DNA of 52,655 bases, from contig CAJWKT010000001.1 of NCBI GenBank assembly GCA_913041665.1, positions 1 through 52,655 on the forward strand. The letters run 5' to 3'. The position numbers and the translations under genes were made by a program. The first letter of the stretch is position 1; the number at the start of each line of letters is the position of its first letter. The stretch is from an uncultured Gammaproteobacteria bacterium (GTDB taxonomy: Bacteria > Pseudomonadota > Gammaproteobacteria > Steroidobacterales > Rariloculaceae). The notes beneath the pieces are model-generated. The model searched no databases, was not told the origin of the DNA, and was given only the letters and a program-made list of their open reading frames with translations. Below are positions 1 to 6,712 of this stretch, in pieces.

Positions 1-68
1 TATCAATGCATATGGACGAATCAAGAACTCGGTAGACATATACAACTGAATACTGAAAATCCGCGTGT
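1..68. repeat. Direct repeat copy A, 68/68 identical to 3281..3348. It touches the window edge, so the true length may be greater.
   Basis: Read directly: tatcaatgcatatggacgaatcaagaactcggtagacatatacaactgaatactgaaaatccgcgtgt occurs at both positions in the same orientation. The copies diverge at positions 69 and 3349. Confidence 0.95.
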
Positions 69-304
69 ATAGTATGGTAACCTACTGTTTAATATATATT
101 TTATAGTAAGACCTTTATAAAAGGCAACACAATGTAAGCATAATTATTTGGTCAATGCTTACTCCAGACGGGTACGCAGGAGGCCACCGTACCCCCCACC
201 CACTAAAACACAATCTCGTGCATTTCGAGCCATTTTTGGCTGTGAACCAAGGTATGTTTAGGAAACTTCAAAAGACTTGAACAAATCAAGCCAGAAGCGG
301 GATG

Positions 305-1690
305 CTACTTCCTGACCAGTGCCCGATACATTCGGCCTTTGATTGGCCGCTTTGCCAATTGCCGAAGCGCTTTAGGAGTCTGAGCGTTGCGGACGGCAAC
401 GTAACTGTAGGTATCGAACAGATCGATCGAGCCCACGCTGTCGCCCGGGACGCCTCCATCCGCGGTGAGCACTCCAAGCAAATCACCGGGGCGCAACTTA
501 TTCTTTCGGCCACCGCTGATCTGAATGGTCGTCATAGACGGGCTCAAAGGGTCTGCCGAACGTTTTGCATCCGGAATTCCACATTTCGTAGGATTTGCAT
601 CGGGTAGCAGTTCATCGATTTCTTGCCACCGCCTTTCCTCACGCGGCCCCACCAAGCTCACCGCCACCCCCTGTTTACCCGCTCTAGCGGTCCGACCAAT
701 ACGGTGAACATAAATTTCAGCCTGTTTGGGTAGTTCATAGTTGAACACTGCGTCCAGGTCCTTCACGTCCAGACCGCGCGCTGCAACGTCGGTTGCTATG
801 AGAACACTCGCACTTCTGTTTGCGAATCGCACCAGCACCTCGGTACGTTCGCTTTGATCGAGATCGCCATGCAATGCCACGGCAACAATATTCTGCGATC
901 GCAGGTAATTAGCAACTTCGGCGCAATCAACCTTGGTATTACAGAAGACAAGGTTGAGTTCACCACCCCACGCGCGGAGTGCGCGAACCAAGTCAGTATT
1001 ACGATTTTCCCGCGTTACGGAACACCAGAACTGCATGATTTGTGCGGGCTGCTCGTCGTCAGTGACATCGACTTTGACGGGGCTTCGTTGAACGCGCTTG
1101 CTCACCGCCGCAATGCTTTCCGCGTAAGTAGCACTAAATAGAAGCGTTTGCCGATCCTTCGGTACGAATTTGAGAATCGCGTCCAGTTCTTCGGCAAATC
1201 CCATATCCAGCATGCGATCTGCCTCGTCCAGAACCAGTGTTTCCAAGTCCGCTAGTTTCACCGTCTCTTTGCCTAGGTGTTTCAACACTCGTCCCGGGGT
1301 GCCCACAATGATGTGAGGGCTGTGTTGCAGCGATGCAAGCTGCGGCCTCAGCGGCACACCGCCACACAACGTGAGTATCTTTACGTTCAGGATCCCACGG
1401 GCGAGCCGACGAATCTCTTTTGCGATCTGGTCTGCAAGCTCTCTTGTCGGGCATAACACCAGCGCCTGCGTTCGAAAGGATGTGGCATCCAATTTATTCA
1501 GCAGACCGAGACCGAATGCCGCAGTTTTTCCGCTGCCCGTCTTCGCCCGGGCCAATACATCCGAACCGCCAATCATCTGTGGCAGGGTCTCGGCTTGCAC
1601 GAGCGTCATTTCTTCATAGCCGATGTCAACAAGATTGCTAAGCAAGGTAGGTTGAAGATCAAGGGAACTGAACTTGATGGAGTTAGACAT
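305..1690 (-). CDS. dbpA: ATP-dependent RNA helicase DbpA (DEAD-box, 23S rRNA-dependent)
   Basis: 461-aa ORF with DEAD-box motifs AKTGSGKT, PTRELA, VLDEADRMLDMGF, SAT and HRIGRTARAG. The C-terminal ~75 aa (ISGGRKNKLRPGDLLG...IKGRMYRALVRK) matches the DbpA RNA-binding domain. It is collinear over its full length with E. coli DbpA as I recall it. Confidence 0.93.
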   Translation of the reverse strand: MSNSIKFSSLDLQPTLLSNLVDIGYEEMTLVQAETLPQMIGGSDVLARAKTGSGKTAAFGLGLLNKLDATSFRTQALVLCPTRELADQIAKEIRRLARGILNVKILTLCGGVPLRPQLASLQHSPHIIVGTPGRVLKHLGKETVKLADLETLVLDEADRMLDMGFAEELDAILKFVPKDRQTLLFSATYAESIAAVSKRVQRSPVKVDVTDDEQPAQIMQFWCSVTRENRNTDLVRALRAWGGELNLVFCNTKVDCAEVANYLRSQNIVAVALHGDLDQSERTEVLVRFANRSASVLIATDVAARGLDVKDLDAVFNYELPKQAEIYVHRIGRTARAGKQGVAVSLVGPREERRWQEIDELLPDANPTKCGIPDAKRSADPLSPSMTTIQISGGRKNKLRPGDLLGVLTADGGVPGDSVGSIDLFDTYSYVAVRNAQTPKALRQLAKRPIKGRMYRALVRK

Positions 1691-1770
1691 TGAGCAATAC
1701 TACTCTTGCAGATGCGTCGCATGATTTCATTTGGCGCACACGCCCAGACAGCTGATCACTAAGGATCTAA

Positions 1771-2067
1771 TCATGATTGAAAAGTGGTGGCCAGGGGTGA
1801 AATTGAACCACCGAAAATACTGCTGCAGTTTCTCCTCCAATTGATCTGAATCTCTGCAGCTGAATGCTCAGGCACCACAACCTCTATACGATCGGTAAAC
1901 AACCCGTAGTGCTTGCCCATCAGCTCTGCTGCACGAAGCTTGATACTGTCCTTAGGCTCACCTGAATGCATATAGCTGGTCAGTGTCTGTAGCACTTCCT
2001 CAAAACTGGCAATCCGCTCCTGCACCACTGTAGTGGCGACGTTGGGGTTATCTATCTTCTTATTCAA
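1771..2067 (-). pseudogene. Phage terminase small-subunit C-terminal fragment (remnant)
   Basis: The ORF opens at a TTG directly after an in-frame TAG. It contains KLRAAELMGKHYGLFTDRIEV, a block typical of phage small terminases. The N-terminal DNA-binding part is missing, and the 3' end of the ORF reads through the tRNA-like fragment at 1785..1812, so this is not an intact gene. Confidence 0.45.
1785..1812 (-). other. Orphan tRNA 3'-end-like fragment (T arm, acceptor 3' strand and CCA)
   Basis: The reverse complement reads GGTGG-TTCAATT-TCACC-CCTGGCC-A-CCA, that is T stem, T loop, T stem, acceptor strand, discriminator and CCA. No complementary GGCCAGG 5' strand, D arm or anticodon arm lies within about 100 nt. 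Confidence 0.6.
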
Positions 2068-2182
2068 TTGCTAAAAACGCATTTCAGCATTAATACCAAG
2101 ATTGCCATACGGCCGATCAAAATCGTGTTGTTCTCATCAAAAACTTCCCTAAGGCTGCTTCTGCCTTATTGGTTTTGCTCTA

Positions 2183-2347
2183 CGCACACCAGGATGAACC
2201 GCCACTCGGCCTATAAGGCGTAGCTAGACTCTCATTCAAAATGATTTCACCAAGACTAACACCATCAATTATTACGTCAGCAACAATTCTGAAAAAACTT
2301 CCTCTAGAAACGTAACCACAACACGCGATAACAAGCCTCAGACAGTC
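2183..2347 (-). pseudogene. Possible staphylococcal-nuclease-like (thermonuclease) C-terminal fragment
   Basis: Hand translation of the minus strand between two stops gives DCLRLVIACCGYVSRGSFFRIVADVIIDGVSLGEIILNESLATPYRPSGGSSWCA. The xGRxVADVxxDGxSLxExxLxxxLAxxY pattern resembles the SNase-like nuclease C-terminus. There is no start codon. This is a weak, memory-based match. Confidence 0.25.
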
Positions 2348-2560
2348 TCAAATGGTTACGTTTTGGCTACGTTGCTAAGTCGGCCGACTACGCACTTCAC
2401 CGTAACGAGCGGCCGCTTCCGAGGAAAAATCACCGTTATTTGGCGTTACCGGAGTGTCTCACCTCTAATGTCCGGTTTGGGGTGCATTGGAGACATTCTA
2501 TATCGGCACGTTAAGAATTTATTTAACGGAGACTTTCAGCCAACTGCGGTCATTCGCTGA

Positions 2561-2588
2561 GCAAGAAAACCCGGCGCGCAGCCGGGTT
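2561..2588 (-). terminator. Rho-independent terminator downstream of the csp gene
   Basis: GC-rich hairpin cccggc-gcgca-gccggg (2570..2586), extendable by AA/TT. On the minus strand it is followed by TTTCTTGC, and it lies 30 nt after the csp stop. Confidence 0.7.
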
Positions 2589-2617
2589 CTCCCAAATACG
2601 TAAATGTATTTAAACAA

Positions 2618-2821
2618 TCAGGCAGTTTTAAGATTACCAGCCGCCAGTTTGCCACGCTCTTCGATGACGTCAAAACTGACACGCTGACCTTCGGTCAGTG
2701 TGTCCATACCGGCGCTCTCAACCGCGCTAGCATGCACGAATACGTCCTTGTCCCCGCCTTCCGGCGCAATGAACCCGAACCCTTTGGCAACGTTAAAAAA
2801 TTTTACAGTTCCTATAGCCAT
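2618..2821 (-). CDS. Cold-shock protein, CspA family (67 aa)
   Basis: [34 protein letters not shown] carries the RNP1-like KGFGFI and RNP2-like VFVH motifs. I place the start at the internal ATG 2821, which has GGAGG 7 nt upstream. The 128-aa track ORF (to 3004) is an unsupported N-terminal extension. Confidence 0.92.
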   Translation of the reverse strand: MAIGTVKFFNVAKGFGFIAPEGGDKDVFVHASAVESAGMDTLTEGQRVSFDVIEERGKLAAGNLKTA

Positions 2822-3000
2822 GCTTGGCCTCCATATCAAAAAATCCGCGCACAAATCGGGCGCGGTAACGAACAATCTGGTTGTAGTGGATGACTTGAAA
2901 CGGACGCCCGAGAATCGGGAGGGTAGCTGAAAGGCAGGCCAAAACGTAGATCGCGGCAGCAGCCTGAGCGATATTGCTGCCAAACGCAAGCGGTTTATCT
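2822..3000 (-). promoter_or_regulatory. Putative long structured 5' leader of the csp gene
   Basis: Upstream of the csp start, the minus strand holds several short hairpins: ggcagca...tgctgcc, cccga-ttc-tcggg and ccgcgc-ccgatttgt-gcgcgg. No other gene lies there. The transcription start is not determined. Confidence 0.35.
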
Positions 3001-3280
3001 TCAATATGAAACTGATGAACAGAAATCTAGCGAATTAGAGACCCGAACTTCCGCTTTGGGTTGCGATTTCAACCGGTCAATGCAACACTTAATCTCTCAT
3101 TCTTTTTTTTGTGATGGCAGTTAGCTTCCGTCTGCCAGAAACGGCGCTTTGCACGAAAATATAAAGACGAATCTAGTATTCTCGCGTGTAGTTTCCGTGT
3201 AAATAAGCCGAGAAAAACATACATGCAGAACGATAAATTCAGAACATTTCCGTAAGCGGCATGGACCAGAACCTGATTTA

Positions 3281-3348
3281 TATCAATGCATATGGACGAA
3301 TCAAGAACTCGGTAGACATATACAACTGAATACTGAAAATCCGCGTGT
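3281..3348. repeat. Direct repeat copy B, identical to 1..68
   Basis: Exact 68-nt match read directly. It is followed immediately by the tRNA-like 3' end at 3350..3377. Confidence 0.95.
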
Positions 3349-3349
3349 C

Positions 3350-3377
3350 GGTGGTTCGATTCCGCCCCTGGCCACCA
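3350..3377 (+). other. Orphan tRNA 3'-end-like fragment (T arm, acceptor 3' strand and CCA)
   Basis: GGTGG-TTCGATT-CCGCC-CCTGGCC-A-CCA. No matching 5' acceptor strand (GGCCAGG), D arm or anticodon arm lies in the ~360 nt upstream. It differs at 3 of 28 positions from the inverted copy at 1785..1812, and both copies keep a 5-bp T stem. Confidence 0.6.
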
Positions 3378-3653
3378 TTAGACCCTTAATTTATAACAAA
3401 TTTATAAGTGGTAGCAGAAATACTGCTAACCGTACCTCTTTTATGTAACCGCCTTGTAACCAGAATTCCCTTTTCGTGCTTGCTTTTTAAGGGTGGGCAG
3501 GCTGCCGTGGGGGGTACCAGGGACATATATAGTAGTAGTCGAACATTTCTAGCCATTTTTGAATGTGAACCAACTAAGGTCTATGCTCGGGTAGACCTAA
3601 AAAAGAGCTTGAGCCAATCGAGCCAGTGATTAGCAGCCCTTCGGAGGTTTGTG

Positions 3654-4319
3654 ATGAAAGGAACATGGCCACTATCTTCTAACCTTCGCCTGTTTGGGCT
3701 GGTTTTCTGTGGGCTGCTTCTGAGTGCTTGTTCTCAGGAATTTGAGACGTTCCACGAAAACGGTCAATTAGAAACTAGAGGAACCCTCAAACGTGAGAAA
3801 CGAGAGGGTCTATGGGAGAGATTTCACGAAAACGGTCAATTGAAAGAAAGGAAAAACTACCGGGACGGGGTCCGGGAAGGTGCATGGGAGCATTTCTACT
3901 CGAACGGTCAGCTGTGGAGCAGAGGAAACTCAAAAGACGGGAGGCCGGAGGGTTTTTCCGAAGTTTTTTACGATCATGGCCAACTGTGGAGGAGAAGAAA
4001 TTTTGTAGAGGGGAAGCAGGAAGGTGCTCAGGAATGGTTTGATAAAAACGGTCGGTTGATCGAGTCTGGGACCTACAGGAGCGGGCAAAGAGAGGGCCTT
4101 TGGGAGGGGTTCCACACAAACGGTCAGCTGAAGGAAAGGTGGATACTGAAAAATGGAGAGCCAGACGGGCCCCTTGAGATGTTCCACGAAAATGGTCAAT
4201 TGTGGAGCAGCGGAGAGTTAAAAAACGGGAGGCCAGATGGTGTTTGGAATTTCTTCGATGAAAATGGTGAGGTGTATATAATACTCAATTACAAAGACGG
4301 GAACTTGGTTGCCCCCTAG
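3654..4319 (+). CDS. MORN-repeat-variant (YwqK-like) lipoprotein with 8 repeats
   Basis: Signal peptide with lipobox LLLSAC, followed by eight ~24-aa repeats built on F/Y-x-x-NGQL...G-x-x-x-G-x-W. GGAGG lies 6 nt upstream of ATG 3654; the track start is GTG 3651. Confidence 0.8.
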   Translation: MKGTWPLSSNLRLFGLVFCGLLLSACSQEFETFHENGQLETRGTLKREKREGLWERFHENGQLKERKNYRDGVREGAWEHFYSNGQLWSRGNSKDGRPEGFSEVFYDHGQLWRRRNFVEGKQEGAQEWFDKNGRLIESGTYRSGQREGLWEGFHTNGQLKERWILKNGEPDGPLEMFHENGQLWSSGELKNGRPDGVWNFFDENGEVYIILNYKDGNLVAP

Positions 4320-4510
4320 TTATCAATTTAGAAAAATTTTCCGGCAGAGTGATACATAATGCTCCTGCCAATTAGACGATAAAATCATCTATGGATATAA
4401 ACTAATCTTAGTTACAGTGGCTGAGTTGTTGTGTTGTGATGCCCAATCGATCAAGTTAAAGCAGCCCGGTTTAATGAGAGTTTGGCGCAATAGAATTAAG
4501 TAGTAGTCGG

Positions 4511-4921
4511 ATGAAAATACTTGTCATGGGTCTGCCGGGTAGTGGAAAAACATATCTCGCCGAGCGATTGCAACCACTTTTAAAAGCTGCGTGGTATAAC
4601 GCTGACCATGTAAGAAGGATGGCTAACGATTGGGATTTCAGCAAGGACGGGCGACTTCGTCAAAGTCTACGAATGAAAGCCTTTGCAGATTTCGAAAAAT
4701 CGTATTCTAGGTTCGTTATCTGTGACTTTATATGTCCAACCAGGGAAGCACAGAGAATCTTTGAACCGGATATTATGATCTGGATGGATACCATTAAAGA
4801 AGGTAGGTTTGATGATACGAACAAGATGTTTGAGCATCCTGAGCGTGCGGATTTCCATATTAAAGAATGGAATAACTCAAACCACAAAATGATAGCTGAC
4901 AAAATTTTGCAAAATGTTTGA
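4511..4921 (+). CDS. Small P-loop kinase (APS-kinase-like fold), substrate unknown
   Basis: Walker A GLPGSGKT lies at residues 7-14. YNADHVRRMANDWDFSKDGRLRQ resembles the APS-kinase LDGDNVR..LGFS..DR block. The protein is 136 aa. Confidence 0.6.
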   Translation: MKILVMGLPGSGKTYLAERLQPLLKAAWYNADHVRRMANDWDFSKDGRLRQSLRMKAFADFEKSYSRFVICDFICPTREAQRIFEPDIMIWMDTIKEGRFDDTNKMFEHPERADFHIKEWNNSNHKMIADKILQNV

Positions 4922-5315
4922 TTGGAAAAAACCGACTGTTCAAATGCTAGGTCGCTGGCAACCTTGGCACGATGGTCATCAGGCTCTTTTCAAGAGATGT
5001 ATAGCAAAAACAGGCCAGGTCATGATTCAGGTCCGAGATGTTCACAATGCTTCAGGTGGTGATTCGCAGGACGATAATCCTTTTGACTGGGAGATGGTTT
5101 GCAAAAACATCGAAAGCAGCCTTCTTGGGGATGGCTTCAAAAGAGGGATTGATTTTGAAATTATGATGGTTCCCAATATTGTCAACATCTCATATGGTCG
5201 GGGCGTGGGATACGTAATCGAGGAAGAGATGTTTGACGACGAAATTCAATTGATTAGTGGCACGAACATTCGTAAGCAACTCAGGGAGAAGGGGGCATTG
5301 GAGGGTAAGGAATAG
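4914..5315 (+). CDS. Minimal cytidylyltransferase-fold nucleotidyltransferase (NadM/NadR-type motifs)
   Basis: GRWQPWHDGH matches the GRFQPxHxGH form of the (H/T)xGH motif, and ISGTNIR matches the C-terminal ISxTxxR motif. The protein is only 133 aa. Its start overlaps the upstream stop by 8 nt (ATGTTTGA). Confidence 0.65.
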   Translation: MFDWKKPTVQMLGRWQPWHDGHQALFKRCIAKTGQVMIQVRDVHNASGGDSQDDNPFDWEMVCKNIESSLLGDGFKRGIDFEIMMVPNIVNISYGRGVGYVIEEEMFDDEIQLISGTNIRKQLREKGALEGKE

Positions 5316-5392
5316 AGCTATGGCCCACAAAAAATGGGTTTGCGACCGAGAAACAGGTTTGAGAATTAGTTTTTTAGGCCTAAAATGAATTT

Positions 5393-6163
5393 ATGATTAT
5401 TTTATTATCTCCAGCTAAGACCCTTGATTACGATGCATCAGTTGGAAATATACCATTTACTGTTCCTAGTCTTTTGCCAAAATCTAAACAACTTATAAAA
5501 ATTCTTAAATCAAAAAATCCTTCCGAAATATCGCAATTGATGAGGCTCAGCGATAAATTATCCCTATTAAATACCAACAGGTATCAGTCTTGGAAAGGCC
5601 AGAAAAAAATATCGAAGACGTCAAAACAATCTGCATTTGTTTTTAAGGGAGATGTTTATCAAGGCCTGAAGGTAGAAGAATTATCAAAAAAGGAATTAGA
5701 TTTCTGCCAAAAACACCTGAGATTACTCTCAGGCTTGTATGGGGTTTTAAGGCCTCTTGATGTTATAGAGCCGTACCGTTTGGAAATGGGCACAAAATTA
5801 GAGTCAAAACAAGGAAAGAATCTTTATGATTTTTGGGGTTGTGCTATCTCAGAGGAAATTATAAAAGAGTTGAATGATATGGAGTCAGATCTTTTGATTA
5901 ATTTAGCATCAAAGGAATATTTCAATTCAATAAAATTGTTACCTAAAAAAATAAAAGTTATTTCTCCAATTTTTAAGGATCATTCTAAAGGTAACTATAA
6001 AATTATTAGTTTTTATGCAAAAAAGGCTAGAGGTTTGATGGCTTCCTGGATTATTAGAAACAAAATAACAAAAGCAGAAGATCTTAATGATTTCAGTGAA
6101 GAGGGTTATTTTTTTTCAAGAAGAGACTCTGCAGAATATACCCCTATGTTTCTAAGAAATTGA
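5393..6163 (+). CDS. yaaA: Peroxide stress protein YaaA (UPF0246/DUF328)
   Basis: The N-terminus MIILLSPAKTLDYD and the 256-aa length are typical of YaaA. The gene is conspicuously AT-rich compared with its neighbours. Confidence 0.8.
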   Translation: MIILLSPAKTLDYDASVGNIPFTVPSLLPKSKQLIKILKSKNPSEISQLMRLSDKLSLLNTNRYQSWKGQKKISKTSKQSAFVFKGDVYQGLKVEELSKKELDFCQKHLRLLSGLYGVLRPLDVIEPYRLEMGTKLESKQGKNLYDFWGCAISEEIIKELNDMESDLLINLASKEYFNSIKLLPKKIKVISPIFKDHSKGNYKIISFYAKKARGLMASWIIRNKITKAEDLNDFSEEGYFFSRRDSAEYTPMFLRN

Positions 6164-6297
6164 AGTTTTACTCCAGCCGGCTGGGTAAGTCATTTTATGG
6201 ACAGCAAGAGTACAGACAGATATAGGGCTAGACTTTTCATTGATTGGTGCGTCGAATGACTACAAAGGGATGGGTTTATGCTTGCCAGTCAGCACCT

Positions 6298-6657
6298 ATG
6301 AGAATATTTTTGTTCCTTTTTGGTATTTTTTTTCTGAATGCTTGTTCTCCTCGGGATGGAGTGCATGAGGCCTACTACGAAAACGGTCAAATAGAGACCA
6401 GAACTAACTATAAAGGCGGAAAGGAAGACGGGCTTTATGAGAGTTACTACGAAAATGGTCAATTGAGGGTGAAAATAAGCTTCAAGGACGGAAAGCGAGA
6501 TGGGTTGGCTGAGTGGTACTACGAAAATGGACAGGTAAGAAGCAGGCAGAATTTTAGAGAAGGGAAACGAGATAGTCTTTGGGAGTTTTTTGAGGTGGAC
6601 GGTCGGTTATTGTGGAGTAGAAATAATTACGTAGACGAAGGACTTATTGATCCTTGA
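6298..6657 (+). CDS. MORN-repeat-variant (YwqK-like) lipoprotein with 4 repeats, paralog of 3654..4319
   Basis: MRIFLFLFGIFFLNAC lipoprotein signal, then YYENGQI/YYENGQL/YYENGQV repeats with 24-aa period. The start is uncertain: the track ORF opens at 6244 and I prefer ATG 6298, directly before the signal peptide. Confidence 0.75.
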   Translation: MRIFLFLFGIFFLNACSPRDGVHEAYYENGQIETRTNYKGGKEDGLYESYYENGQLRVKISFKDGKRDGLAEWYYENGQVRSRQNFREGKRDSLWEFFEVDGRLLWSRNNYVDEGLIDP

Positions 6658-6712
6658 TCTGTAATCAATTGATCCACCAAGAAAACTGCAATAAAAAGAT
6701 GACAGAAATTTC

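Noticed and set aside
286-607. Short ORFs (75 and 101 aa) overlapping the dbpA 3' end.
   Set aside because: Both overlap the dbpA C-terminal RNA-binding-domain coding region in other frames or on the other strand, and neither has independent support.
1785-1880. An intact minus-strand tRNA gene ending at 1785.
   Set aside because: I reverse-complemented about 90 nt. There is no 5' acceptor strand complementary to CCTGGCC and no D arm or anticodon arm, so only the T arm and acceptor 3' end exist.
2363-2560. A 65-aa + strand ORF in the dbpA-csp spacer.
   Set aside because: It has no recognisable motif, no SD and an odd composition. It lies in phage-debris DNA, and short stop-to-stop fragments occur in several frames there.
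2618-3004. The 128-aa track ORF taken as the full cold-shock protein.
   Set aside because: The first 61 codons have no Csp similarity. A canonical 67-aa Csp starts at the internal ATG 2821 with a GGAGG SD, so the extension is leader RNA read in frame.
3281-3377. Possible 3' end of a tmRNA (ssrA) gene. tmRNA is a classic island-integration target, and the region upstream of the T arm is not tRNA-like.
   Set aside because: The acceptor 3' strand CCTGGCC puts G, not U, at position 70, so the tRNA-Ala G3:U70 identity pair is impossible. No complementary 5' end (GGCCAGG or GGGGC...), tag-peptide reading frame or pseudoknot-like region is visible in the ~360 nt upstream.
3408-3629. A 73-aa ORF between the tRNA scar and the first lipoprotein gene.
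   Set aside because: No SD and no motif. It overlaps the conserved non-coding 30-mer shared with the region near position 221, so it is probably intergenic.
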